In this document: in pieces, positions 24,201 through 37,931 of the stretch
How the letters are laid out: each line of letters opens with the position of its first letter
Position numbering within the stretch: the stretch's first letter is position 1
Source: Azolla caroliniana
Taxonomy: Eukaryota; Plantae; Polypodiophyta
Direction of reading: 5' to 3'
NCBI GenBank assembly: GCA_043228905.1
Contig: JBHGNT010000013.1
Location: 2,790,001-2,854,000 of the forward strand
DNA length: 64,000 nt
Notes under the pieces: model-generated
What the model was told of the DNA's origin: nothing
Database searches by the model: none
Seen by the model: only the letters and a program-made list of their open reading frames with translations
Made by a program: the position numbers and the translations under genes

Positions 24201-26548
24201 ACTTGCTTTTCTACGATGCATTTAAACTTACAGAAACAATCAAATACTTCACTTTTTTCTTTCATGAAGTAATCCTTGAGCAATCATCAATGAAAGTTAG
24301 ATAAAACTTACATCCACTAATTGATGCAATTTTTGTTGGTCCCCATACATCTGTATGTACCAAATCCAACAAATTTTGGCTTACATGTTTTTCATGAGGG
24401 AAAGGCAACCTGTTTTGCTTTCCATATTGACATGCTTCACATATTTTTCCCATCTCACAATCTTTCAACTTAGGCAGTCCAACCACTACATCTTTCCTCA
24501 ACATATTTTTCAATGTTTGCATACTTATGTGACCGATTCTTTTATGCCACATTTCCACTTTTGAGATTACACTCATTCCTTTTGTAAACATGGCTATAAT
24601 CTCTAGGCATATCCACATCTAACACAAACATCCTTCCTTCTCGTTTTCCTTTTGCAATGAGCAAGTTCCATTTTTCTCTATGAAGCATCCACTTTGCTTA
24701 AACTTAACCTGCATTCCTTGCTCTACTATCTGTCCAACAGAAATAAGATTCTTTGCAAGGTTTGGAACATGCATCACATTTAGCATATACTTTGTTTTTC
24801 CTTTTTCTTCCCACAATGGGATATCTCGAACATGCTCTATTTGGTGAGTAGTATTATCACCTGTCTGTACATAACCAAGAATATCTGGTTCTCTTAGACT
24901 TTCAAACCAGTTTTTATGTCCTATCATATGATTAGATGCCCTAGAATCTACATACCACATAAACTCTTCATTACATCTCTGTGAACATTCAGCCACTGCT
25001 GCTGTTTCATGTTGCATCACAAATGCACCATCTTTATCACAATCTTCACTAGTTGAAGCATAATTATTTTGCTGTCTCTTCCCTCTTTTCTCATCATTTT
25101 GCTTTTTATAGCATTCAACCTGTGTGTGGCCTGGTCTTCCACAATACCAACAGCCATCATCATTCAAATAGGTTTGCTTACCTCTGCCTCGATTGCTCCC
25201 CCTGCCTCGGATGTTTCTTCCACTAATGGCTTGTTGTCCTCTTCCTTGATAATTATTGTTGGTTCTAGCTGAACCAAATCTTCCATGGCCTCTTCCTCGG
25301 CCTCTTCCAACACTATTGTAGAGGGCTTGCCCCTCATTCTCTGAGTTTCCTTTGTTTACATCATCCATTTGATTTCTTTCTTCTACTACAAGCATTGAAA
25401 CCAGATTTGGAAAACTTGGGATACTATCCCTTGTGAGAATAGATGTTTTGAAACTCTTGTATTGAGGTCCTAAGTCTCTTAAGCATATTTCCACCTTATC
25501 ATCATCTTCTATCTTCAAATTAATAGAAGCAAGTGATTCACATATGCTCTTTATTTTCAGAGCATTCTCATTTACTGACATCTTACCTTTTTCCAAGGTA
25601 TTTAGCTCAGTCTTCAACTGAAGCTTTCTTGCCTTTGTATTCATTGCAAACAGTTTTACTAAACTGTCCCAAGCTTCTTTTGGAAGCATAACATCCTATA
25701 TGTGTCCAAGCATCGAATCTAAATTGCTAAGTGACAACCAATGCAATACCTTTCTTGCTCTTGGTTCCATTTCTTAAATGCTTTAATATGTGCAGCAAAT
25801 GCATTTTCTTCATGGATCTCTAGAGCCTCTTCTAGGTTTCCTTCAAAATAATCCCAATATCCTTTCCCCATAAGGAAGTTTGTCATTTTGAATTTCCACG
25901 CCGGGAAATTGTTTTTATCCAATTTCTTTATGACTATTTGGCTTGCATTCTCTGTAGCCATTTTCTTTTTGAACTAGGGTTAACTTCACTGAAAACTCTC
26001 TCTGATTCAAATAAGCAAGCAGAGAAACAACCTTTCTCAGATCTGTACTGTTCTAATCTTCTTTATGAACAACTCTGCTATGATACCATGTTACGAAGGC
26101 ACTACGGGCTCTTCTGTGTGCACAACGCATCGTGATGTGCTGGATCGTTCAGTGCTCAAGACAGAAAAGGGGAAGGGGAAGGGGAAGGAGGGTTACCTCT
26201 GCAAAGTCCAAAAAGCTTCTACTTCATTACACGTAGAGCTCAACTCACTCTCTTCTGTTTTCTGTTTTTCTATTCTTACTCTCTGCACTACTCTCACTCT
26301 TACTCTTACTTTTCTACTTACTACAACTTACTTTTTACCTAAGTACATAATTGACTTATATATGCAGCTAATTAGTTGCCAATAGCTAATTAGTTGTCAA
26401 TAGCTAAATAGCTGTCAGTAGCTAAATAGTTGTGCATAGCTAAATAGTTGTTTCACCTTTATGTCCATTAGTAGTTAATTAGTTAATAGCTACTATAGCT
26501 TATTTCTCAATAAGCATCACATACCTTTGTTGAGCTTGCTTCTCAACA
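21204..26548 (-). mobile_element. Full-length degenerate Ty1/copia (copy D; AT-rich relative of group B)
   Basis: LTRs 21204-21619 and 26089-26548, PBS 26077-26088, PPT 21620-21631, TSD ACTCG/ACCCG; LTRs carry 18-bp TAGCTAAATAGCTGTCAG repeats. Confidence 0.94.
21638..25961 (-). pseudogene. Fragmented gag-pol of copia D
   Basis: Collinear ORFs: gag, CWYCGRPGHTQVEC, WYVDS, INT, IYVDDL RT, RNase H; stops and frameshifts. Confidence 0.92.
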
Positions 26549-29500
26549 ACCCGTACCGAGCGACTGACACTAACTCCTAAAAATATGCCTACGTACTAGG
26601 CTAGGATTGTAGGCGTCTAACGGCCTATTGGTTACACCGATCCGGATTATGATCCGGCTCTTGGTTACGGACACGGATTTGGTTCCTTGTTTCGGATAAG
26701 CCGATCCGGATCATGTTGAGATTGTCTACTCAACACTCCCCCTCAAGCTCAACTTGAGGTTGGATCGTAGTGTCAGTTATTGCCGGTCCTTGCCTCCCAC
26801 TCCTCCTGGTGTCTTCATGGCTCACTCGTGCTCCTCGACCCGTCCAAATCCGCATGCCTCGACCTTCTTGGTTGGCTTGTCAGCTCCCTTGGCCGATGTC
26901 AGCTCCCTCGCTGTCACGGTATTGGCTCTCCTCGACCTATCAGCTCTTCCGTGTTGGCTTCGGCTTCGGCTACCCTTTCATTCGCTTGGGCTTCAATTGA
27001 TTTGGCTCTTCCGAATCGAACATTGCGACGAGATTGGTTTCTCCCAATTCCTTTCGGCTCTTCTCCAAATCGATTGTCTCCAATTCGTCCTCTTGTAGGC
27101 CCTTGACTACATCTGCCCATGTCTTGGTCCTAGCCTTCCTCTTCCGGTCGGCTCTGTCCTTCTTGACTCTGCCGACTTTACCGCCTCTCTCGGCTCTTTC
27201 TCCCCCCGATACGGTTGTCTCTTGCTTCGACTCTCTCTCATGACCACTCCCCTTGCATCTGGCTAGTCCAGGCAGGCTTAGCCGATCTTCTTCCACCTGT
27301 CCATGCGTCCTCGGCTTCTCCAGTTGATCCAGACGTTACGACTTCTTCAGTCGTGCCGAAATTGAATTCTTCATCTGATTCGGCTTTTCGGACTTCGTCT
27401 CACTCTTTTTCTGCTTAAATCCTCCCCATTAAGTTCGGCATGTTGTGATACTGTAGGCCAAGCATACTTGAAAAATGTCGCAAGTTGTCTAGGCTAAGAG
27501 GTTTGGTTAAGATATCGGCAACCTACTGATCAGTCAATACTTGTCGAAGTTCCACTTCATCGGAGAGGACTCACTCATGGACAAAATGGTAGTGCACCTT
27601 AATGTGCTTAGTTCGGGCGTGGAAGATGGGGTTGTTTGCAAGTTGGATGCTGCTGAGGTTGTCACAGTAGATCATGACTGGATCAGACACCTTTACTCGC
27701 AGATCCTTCAATACCCGTTTGAGCCAAATGGCTCCGCATGTTGCGATAGCCACTTTTCTATATTCGGCTTCGGTGCTCGATAGTGCCAATGTCGGCTGCT
27801 TTTTGCTACTCTAGGCAACCGCGATGCTTCCAAGTGAAAAAATGTAACCGGACGTAGACTTGTGGTTGTCGACATTTCCGACCCAATCGGCATCTGTGTA
27901 GCCGACAAGCTGTTCGATTACACTAGTCCAATATAGCAACGCCCGATCCTTAGTGCCATTGACATATTGCATGATCCTATGCGCGCATTAAAGGTGTTCA
28001 GTGGTCAACTGTGACATAAATTGACTGATCAGTCCGACTGGGTAACTAAGGTCCAACTGAGTGATCGTCAAGTAGATGAGGCTTTCGACAATCTGCCAGA
28101 ACTGTGTCGTGTCACATGTTGCTCCCGACCCTTGGCGAAGCTTAACGTTTCGGTCCAGAGGAGTTGAGATGGATTTGCATTCCGTCATTCCAAATTTGAA
28201 GAGCATACTCAACACGTAATGGCATTGAATGATTAGTATGCCTTCCGAGGTGTGGATCACTTTGATCCCGAGGAAGTAATGACGGTCCCCTAGATCCTTC
28301 ATCTCGAAAGATGCCGCAATTTTGGACTTGACACGGTTGATTTCTTCCAGGTGTGCCGACGATGACTAAATCCTCAGCATAATGTTAGAGACTTACCGTC
28401 CCAGTCTGACCTTATCGGATGAAGAGTGAAGAGTCCGACTTGGATGTAGCAAACCCCATCCGACGCAGTCGCTGGGTGATCTTTGTGTTCCAGGCATGCG
28501 GGGCTTGCTTTAATCCATAAAGAGACTTCTTTAGTTGGAAAACAACCGACATGTTCAACTTGGGCGGAAAACTGGGGGGATGTACCATGTACACCTGTTC
28601 CTCAAGATCTCCTTGCAAGAATGCAGTTTTAACATCCATTTGATGTAGATCTGCTTCTACTAACATCCGGTTCCGTAGTTCGGCCACGCCATTATGCTCT
28701 AGCATGTATCTACAAGAGAATTCTCGTCGGATTCCCTTGGTCTGTAGATAACTTGTGATCTGGCCAGAAAAATACTCTTTCTCGCAATCCGATCTCAGAC
28801 ACTTGATCTTTCTTTTAGTTTCTCGTTCCACATGACTCTTTAAGTTCCAGAAGCACGAGAAGACTTCGCTCTTCTTCTCGATTAAATAGATCCAAGTGTG
28901 TCAGCTGAAGTTGTCGATGAAGGAGAAGAAATATCAAATTCCGCCAATACTCACATTTTGTGCCGGTCCCCACACATCCGAATGGATAAGATCGAGCCAG
29001 TTCCGGCTTTGATTCTTCTCATTGGGGAACAGAAGCCTATCTGCTTCCCAAGCTGGCAAGCTTCACAAATTTGGCCCTTCTTGCCACTAAACTTCGGCAG
29101 TCCATAAACCACATGTTTCGACTGCATTTCCTGAAGCTTCTGGAAGTTGATGTGGCCGATCCGCTTATGCCATAGGTCGATGTCCTTTGTCCTTTTGCAA
29201 ACATGGGCCTGCCGACATCATTGGTTTTGAGGAGGAACATTCTTTCATCTGGGTGTCCTTGCGCTATAATCCGGCCTTCCTCCTCAATGAAGCAACCATG
29301 ATGAGTGAACCAGACTTGCATTCCTTGATCCACGATCTAGCCGACTGTCATCAAGTTCTTGGTGATTGTTGGAACATGCAGGACATTCCTCATGATCCCC
29401 TTCTGACCGACATGGCTCAGAGGGACATCTCCGATATGCTCGATGGGATGTGGAGTGTCGTCTCCGGTTTCAACCATACCCGACTTCTATGGCTTCTCAA

Positions 29501-30119
29501 GCAAGGAGAACCACTCTTTGTGGTTCGTCATATGATTGGAAGCTCCCGAGTCCACATAACACAGCTCTTCCGACTTTGAGGTGGATACTCCCATCTGGTT
29601 GGGTTTATGTTTCATTACGAGGGCCCGTCCCAAACCAAATCTCTCTGAGCCTTCGGCGAAGTGTGATCGGTGATACCTATCTGTGTCTCTTCGACTCGAT
29701 ATGGCTTTGTCCGAATCAACCCTTTTCTTCCAGCACTTTTGTCCACAATACTAGCTTTTTGTTGCAGCCTTCCCTTGTCGGCTCCCGGCTTCTCCTTGAC
29801 TCCCCCTGCTTGTGGAGGGTTCGGTACTACTATCAACACCATCCTTGTGCCTCCGATTCTGTTCTTGTCGGCCACTTCAATTGTGTGCAGATCTGCCTCG
29901 TTCGCCACGACCACAGGGCCTCTTCGCCTCCATGTACAACATCCTGTTGTCGGAATACGTACTCGTCAATGCACAAAGAACATTGACTGTAGGTCGAAAA
30001 ACGAAGGGGTATTCTGCCTCGTGCAAACCTCCGTTCAGAATGCTCCAAACTTCGACGCCAAGCCCCTGAGGTAGACCTGCACCATTTCATCCTCAACTGT
30101 AATGTTGATGGAGGCAAGG

Positions 30120-32552
30120 TTTTGGGATTCACACTCTTGGGATTCTAAGAAAGACCGAATGTGTAATTGACAATATCGTGGGAAAAATAGAAAACACACC
30201 AAATACACAGAATACACAGTGTTACATGGAAAACCACGGGAACAAAGATCCCACTATAGACAAGAGAGTATAGCAAACAGTTACAATATTCTCTGATAGA
30301 CTGAGAGGATAACCTGCTTAGGGTTCTTAGCAAGTTCGTTGAGCTTTGCTACCGCTCTCTCATGCTCACACACACTCTCTTCTCAGTCACAGAGTGCAAT
30401 AGAGGCTGGCAACTATTCTGTTTTACACTCTACACACAATGTTTGCCCTAAGTGTATTTATATTTATATACTGTATGGGCTATTTACAAATGTAGCCACT
30501 ACTACTGTCATTCCTATTATAGAAATAGTAGTTATTCAGCCGATTGATCGACTAGTCACCAATGTTGATTGTCCAGTCCGCCCGACTAGTCGGCCTTATC
30601 TTCGACCATCTGGTCGGCCCGACTAGTTCGTCGTGTCTTCGACTTGGAGTCTCCTACTGTCGACTCTCCATGTCTTCGATTATCAACACTAGGCCCGACC
30701 AGTCGGCTGCTCCCATAGGAGGGACATATTCCTAACAAACTCCCCCTTCACTCCTATGGGTGGAGTCAGTTAGTCTCGTCCTCTGTCGACATACTCTTCT
30801 TTGTTAGCATATGTAGGTTCTTTGTCAGCATGTCGGATCCATTGTCATTCGTATGGATCTTAACAAAGGTAAACTCTTCTTCTTCCACTTTGTATGTGCT
30901 TGGTTCGGGAGTGGTACACAACATTCTTTGCTAGATGTATGACACTCTAGCTGTCACAATGAAGCAAGAACTCCCTTTGCTTCATCCCCAACTTGCTGAG
31001 AAAGTTTCTCATCCATATTAGCTCTTTGCTGGTCTCAACCGCTGCCATATACTCTGCCTCTATGGTCGACAAGGCCACAAACTTCTACAGTCGTGACTGC
31101 CATGACACTGCTCCCCCTGCATAGGTCATCACATACCCTAAAGTGGATCAACTTGAGTCTGCATCCCTTGACATGTCTGTGTCGGTAAACCCTTCAAGTA
31201 TGGGTTTTTCGACACCATACCTAATGCACACATCCGAGGTGCCTTTTAAGTACATGAGTATCCATTTTATAGCTTCCCAATGTTCTCTCGGGCATTGCTT
31301 GTCATTAATCTTGCAGTTGATCGACAACATAGACCTGATTGATTGGCTTTGCTTCCGACGTGTTGAATCTTTCTAGGATCTTCGTCAAGTATTTCTCTTG
31401 TGACAACCACAACACTTTCTTAGTTCTGTCTCGAACTATGTGCATCCCTAAGCTATGTTTTGTCGGTCCAAGATCCTTCAAGGCAAACAACTTGCCTAAT
31501 GCTTTCTTCAAGCTCATGATCTTCTTCATGTCTTGTCCGACTATCAACATGTCATCCACATATAGCAAAAGAATTAAGAAGTTCATCATACCTTTTAACG
31601 GACACACAGTGGTGAGCCTATGTTTTCTGGAACCTATGTTCCACCATGAAGGACTCAGACTTCTTGTACCATTGGCGTGGAGCTTGTTTCAACCCATACA
31701 AGCTTTTCTTCAATTGACACACCAGGTTCTCTTTCCCTTTCTCCACAAAGCCTTTGGGTTGTTGCATGTAGATCTCTTCATCTAGCTCCCCATGCAAGAA
31801 TGTTGTCTTGATATCCAATTGTTTGATCTCTAGGTTCATATTGGAAGCTATGCTCAGAACAATTCGAATTGATGTCATCTTCATGACTGGTGCGAATATT
31901 TCATCGAATTCAACACCCTTTCTTTGTTGGAACCTTGCCGACTTTGACTCCGACTCATCTATATTTGTCGGTTGTTCCGAGTCCACTGACTCAGATTCAG
32001 TTGTGCCGACTGGCTATCTTTGAACAACCAATTGTGTCGGTTCACTTGTCCTTAGGTCAGTAGTAGTGGTAGTAGATTGGGATGTCAATTTAAACTTCTG
32101 TTGCTTCCAGTACTCTATTGTCTTGTCTTCCAAGAAGAGTACATCCCAACTCCTCATTATCTTCTTGCCGACTAGGTCCCACAGCCTGTAGGTGAACTCG
32201 TCCTCCAAGTGTCCCATGAATATGCAAGGTTTCGACTTACTATCGAGCTTCAACCTCTGATCCTTAGCCACATGCATATACACTAAGCATCCAAACACCC
32301 TCAGGTGTCGGTAGGGGACATCCTTTCCTGTCCACACCCTTTGTGGGATATTACCTTTCAATGGTACTGAGGGGGACCTGTTGATCAGGTAAACAACTGT
32401 GTACATCGCCTTAGCCCAGTACGATTTTGGCAGCTTGGCATGCGACAACATGCTCCTTACTCTCTCCATAATTGTTGGCTCCCCATGTCTTTTACTGTCG
32501 GCACTCTGCCCTACCAATCTGTTGCTCCCATAGGAGGGACATATTCCTAACA
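30120..32552 (-). mobile_element. Heavily deleted Tork-like Ty1/copia (copy E) inserted in B2 gag
   Basis: Perfect TSD CAAGG; 3' LTR 30120-30737, PPT 30738-30748; only about 70 bp of the 5' LTR is left, joined to integrase; further deletions near 31935 and 31310. Confidence 0.88.
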
Positions 32553-35500
32553 CAAGGGAGTCACGAATCTCCTTGATCCGGGCTGTATATTGCCACCGAC
32601 ATGTCTTTTCGCTAGACGTTGCTCAACTCCTATCTGAGTTGTAGCTTCCGGGCTGTGGTTCTTGTAGCAAAAACCTTTTTCAGGTTCGTCCAAGCTTCCT
32701 TTGGCGTCTTTCCGTCCTGGATGTGGATGAGTAGCTGATCACCGACACTGGACGTGAAGCATTACATTACCCTACTTGCCGCTTGTTCCAAGGCTGGAAA
32801 GTCCCTGTGTCGAATCCGGTGCTTCATTGTTAGCTCCGTCGACATAACTCCAGTATCCATGTCCGAGCAAGTAGTAGTGCATCTTGTACGACCATCAAGG
32901 AAAGTTGCTTCTATCGAGCTTCTCCGCCGGAAATGAGCTAGCGATTCCTTTGTCCATTCTTCCCTTCTTCCTTTATGTTCTTTACCGGGTATTAAGGTTT
33001 GTCTTGATGAGTCACTTGTGGGTAGTAGAGGATGTTCAACCCTCGCGCTTTGATACCATGTAAAAGTTACGTGCGGAAGTGTAGACACAACTAGCTCAGC
33101 CGGATAGCAATAGAAAAAATAGAAACAAAGGTTTAATGGAAGCTTGAGAATACACAATACGCAAGAGAGACAGAGAGAGCAGAACGTAAACTCTATTTCA
33201 AAATAAACTCAATACTTTGTACATACAATTGCGGTATAGAGAACTTTTTATGCAAGTCCTTAAAGGATTGACAGAAGTACTAACAAGTACTTCAATGCTC
33301 GTACCGAGTGAGTGACACTAACTCCTAAAAATATGCCTACATACTAGGCAAAAATCGTAGGCCTCTAATGGCCTACCGGTTACACTGATCTGGATTACGA
33401 TCCGGCTCTTGGTTCCGGATGCGGATTTGCTTCCTTGTTCCGGATACCGATCCGGCTCTGGCTTGCTCAACCGATCCGGATCATGTTGAGCTTGTCCGCT
33501 CAACACATATCAACCTAAGGCACAACAAGGGAAAGCATATGCTTTATTATAATTCTTGTATATGGAACCTTGATTTGGTGAGCTTGCCTTTGAGCATCAG
33601 AATCAAATTCTTTTGGGGTCGGGTTGTGTGAACGATTACTTGTGGAAGCATTAGAAAATAGAGAAAGTAGGGAATACACAGAGTACACGGGAGAGATAGA
33701 GAGAGAAGAACGTAAAGGCTATATTCAAAACGATATATTCACTCTGTCATTACAACTGTGCTCAGTAGCACTATTTATACAAGTCCTCGTGGGACTGACA
33801 GAAGTACCGCGTACTTCAATGCTCACACGAGCATCTGACACTTACTACGAGACTATAATTGCCTAGTAGTCTAAACTAATACTAGGCTTCCGGTTACCAA
33901 TTGGATCCGGCTAACCGGCTCACTAGCTCATCGGTTCTGTTGCTTGCCGGCTCGGTTGCTCACCAGCTTACCGATCCGTCTCGCTCACCGGCTCAAGCTT
34001 ATCCAGCCGATCCGGATCCAGTTGAGGTTGCCGCTCAACACTCCCCCTCAAGCTCAACTTGAGGTTGGATCCTAGTGTCCTTCTCTATGGCAGTCGGTTC
34101 TTCCAACCGACTTCTCCTGGTGTCGCTCCGCCTTGCTCGCGCTCCTCGTCCAGTCCGGTTCTATTTGCCGCGACCCCTCTTGTTCTGCGTGCCTCGACCT
34201 CCTCGGTCAGTATGTCTGCTCAATAGGCCCCTCTCAGCTCCTCCGCTGCTATGACTCCGGCGCTTGCCGATCCATTGGTTCTGTCGGTTCCTCCACGATG
34301 GCATCGACTTTCATTGCATCCGTGTCTGCTTGGCCTCCAGTTGATTCGGTTCATCCGAATTCGTCTGTTGGTCCGAATTGGCTGTCCGCGATTCATTCCA
34401 GCTCTTGTCCGAGTTGGTATCCTCCAACTCGTGTTTCGGTTTAAGGCCCTTCACCACATAAGACCACATCCGGGTCTTGGCCTTGCTTCCATCCTCAGCT
34501 TCTTCGCCTCCTTGTCTTCCCCTCGTCCGGTTTTTCCCTTACCGGTGTCGGCAACAGTCTCTTTGCCTTTGCCCGTTCCGATGTCTTTGCCCGTTCTCCC
34601 CCTCAAGTGTGGCACATCGAGATGCTGAACACCAAGCATTTCGGTGAAGTGTTGCAACTTGTCCGATCTGAGTGGTTTGGTGAAGATGTCGGCAACTTGC
34701 CAATCCGTGTGAAAATACCGAAGTTCAACCTCACCACTCAGGACACGCTCACGCACGAAGTGATAGTGCACTTCTATGTGCTTTGTGCGATCATGGAATA
34801 CGGGGTTCTTGGCGAGTTGCATGCTGCTTATGTTGTCGCAGTAGATCAGAATCGGGGTCAGTACCTCGATCCATAGGTCTTGTAGCAGTCGCCGAAGCCA
34901 AATAGCTTCACAGGTGGCAATGGTAGCGCTCCGATACTCAGCCTCAGTGCTCGACAGAGCAAGTGTTGGCTACTTTTTGCTGCTCCACGCAACAGTCGCG
35001 CTACCTAGGGAAAACATGTAACCGGAGGTTGATTGGCGATCTGATGCATCGCCGGCCTAGTCAGCATCCGTGTAACCGACGAGCTCTTCGGGTATACCTC
35101 GCCGTATAAAAGTCCCCGGTCCTTCGTGCCGCTGACATACCGCAATATCCTTTGCGCGCACTGAAGGTGCTCCACAGTCGGCTTTTGCATGAACTGACTT
35201 ATCATTCTGACTGGATAGCTAATGTCGGTTCGCGTGATAGTCAAGTAAATAAGTCTTCCGACAATCTGTCGGAACCGTTGCTTGTTGCAGGCCGGTCTGG
35301 AGTTGGGACGAAGCTTTTGGTTTTGGTCCAAGGGTGTGGAGACAGGTCGACATTCTGTCATGCCAAACTTGTACAACATATTCAAGACGTAATGTCGTTG
35401 TGAGAGCAATATGTTGTCCGGGGTTCGGATCACCTCGATCCCTAGAAAATAATGAAGGTCCCCCAGATCCTTCATCTCAAATGCGTCCGACGATTGGGAC

Positions 35501-37628
35501 ACCCGGTCCGGTGATGACTAGATCATCAACATACAGCAGTATACATACCAGACTGGGTGAGCCTTGCCGGATGAACAATGAAGAGTCCGATTTAGAGGCC
35601 ACAAACCCCATCTTACACAATCGGTGCGTGATCTTCGCATTCCAAGCTCGAGGGGCTTGCTTCAGGCCGTACAACGACTTCTTCAGCCGGCATACCACCG
35701 ACTTGTTCATCTCCAATTGAAAACCGGGAGGCTGAGTCATAAAGACTTCTTCTTCAAGATTACCTTGAAGAAATGCATTCTTCACATCCACTTGATGAAG
35801 ATGCCAGCCCCTTGCCGCAGCAACCGCCAACACCACTTGAACAGTCGTCATCTTCGCTGTAGGAGCGAAGGTCTCGTCGTAGTCGATTCCGTGGGTCTGC
35901 GCATACCCCTTCGCCACTAACCGGGCTTTATACCGGTTAATAGAATCGTCGGCGTTGTACTTTACCTTGTATATCCACTTGCATCCGATCGGTTTACAGT
36001 GACGAGGAGAGTCAACTAGGTCCCATGTCTTGTTGACATCAAGTGCCTGCATTTCTTCCTCCATAGCGGCACGCCAATTTGCGTCCTTGGGCGCTTTTGC
36101 GTAGCTCTCCAGCTCACGCACTTCCGCCACCTTAGTCATGTAGGCATAGTGATGCGCCATGTACTCATTGTACTCGTACCGCTTGACGGGATCCTTCTGG
36201 CGGGTGGATCAACGTAACTCACCGTTACTCAGTTTGAGGCCCTTCTTGGCAGGTTCGGTCTTCATTGCCGAAGATTCGCCTTTCTCCTTGCCGGAGTTGG
36301 ATGCACACCGATCGGACTCATCGTTGCCAATTTCGAATTCTGGCATTTTCTTCTTCCCCTTCTCTTTGCGCATGAACCGTCTCCTCGGTTCCTTGCGCGG
36401 GGAGTGCACGGCAGAGTCTCCACTACTCGCCGGTTCCTCATCGGACTGGTCAGATTGACTCAGTCTCTCGTTCAGCCCACTCAATTAGAACGATTCCGGA
36501 ATCTCTCATCCTGAGTGCACACTTCATCATCCTCTACTTGGGCCGGTTCAGGCTCACTAGCCTCATCCACCGACGTCGGGTCAGATTTGGATGTCAGAGT
36601 CGGTAAGGAGTACCATGATGCTGATTCATCAAACTCGATATCTCGACTGACTCAGACCTACCTTGTCCGGGGGTTATAACACTTATAACCCTTTTGCTCT
36701 TGAGCATACCCGACTAGGATGCATTTTTCCGATTTTGCATCCAACTTCCTTCACTTCTCATCCGGTACATGCACATATGCAATGCTACCGAAGATCTTAA
36801 GGTGTCTCAAATTCGGCTTCCGCCCGAAATATAGCTCGTGAGCTAACACCTTGTCACCGATCCGGTTCTGGATGTAGACAACCGTTCGGACTGCCTCTGC
36901 CCAGTAGAATTTGGGCATGCTCTTCTCCTCCAGCATTGCCCTTGCCGCATCGATAAGCGACCGGTTCATCCTCTCGGCAACACCGTTCTGTTGCGTTGTG
37001 TATCTGCAGCTGAACTCTCGCCGAATTCCCGTTTGTTGCAGATAACTGTTGAATTGGCCAAAAAAGTATTCTTTCCCGCCATCTGACCGCAGGCATTTGA
37101 TCTTCCTCTCCGATTCCCGTTCCGCCATGCTTTGGAGACTCCGGAAACATTCAAAGACTTCACTCTTCCGGTTAATGAGGAAGATCCATGTGTGCCGCGT
37201 ATAGTCGTCGGTGAGGGAGACGAAATATCGACTCCCGCCAAGACTAACATTCTGTGCCGGTCCCCACACATCCGAATGGATTAGATCGAGCTTGTTACGG
37301 CTCTAGTTACGTTCGGTAGGGAATGGAAGCCGGTGTTGCTTTCCGAGTTTGCAGGCTTCACATACTTGGGCCTTCCGGCCGCTGAACTTCGGCAAACCGA
37401 AAACAACTTGTTTCGTTTGCAGGTCTTGAAGCCTCCGGTAATTGATGTGGCCTATCCACTTGTGCTACAGGTCGATGTATGATTCGACCTTCTGTCCTTT
37501 TGCAAACAGAGCGGTGCCAAGGTCATTGGTGTCGAGGATAAGCATCCTCCCGTCTCTCTGCCCTTGCGCAATAATCTGGCCCTCTTCCTCGATGAAGCAC
37601 CCAAGGTGCATAAACCGCACCTGCATCC

Positions 37629-37900
37629 TGTCAAGAACTACACGCTCCCGATGAACAATGCTTGGCCACAACCAAGCTTAGAATCAAACACAGAAAGCGA
37701 GAATGAATGCACGACACAATGGAGAGAAGAGTACACAGGACGTTTACGTGGAAAACCCAAACACGGGAAAAACCACGACAGTACACTGACTGCTAACTAT
37801 CACTATGTAACAATATACAATAGATGAACACAGAGGCAATGACCTCTTGTTCACTGTCTTTGCCACAGGCGGCGGTTATAACAGAGATACAAACTCTTCG

Positions 37901-37931
<31 letters not shown>

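Larger units (their letters stand above)
20337..33505 (-). mobile_element. Ty1/copia group B, copy B2: degenerate, internally deleted, host to three nested insertions
   Basis: 5' LTR 33059-33505, PBS 33047-33058, 3' LTR 20337-26735 (split twice), PPT 26736-26747, TSD CAAAT/CATAT; gag, INT, RT and RH remnants at 27430-30119 and 32553-32960. Confidence 0.9.

Noticed and set aside
26754-27296. env-like gene in the B-type 3' region
   Set aside because: The sense peptide is hydrophilic with no transmembrane segment; the hydrophobic ORFs are antisense shadows
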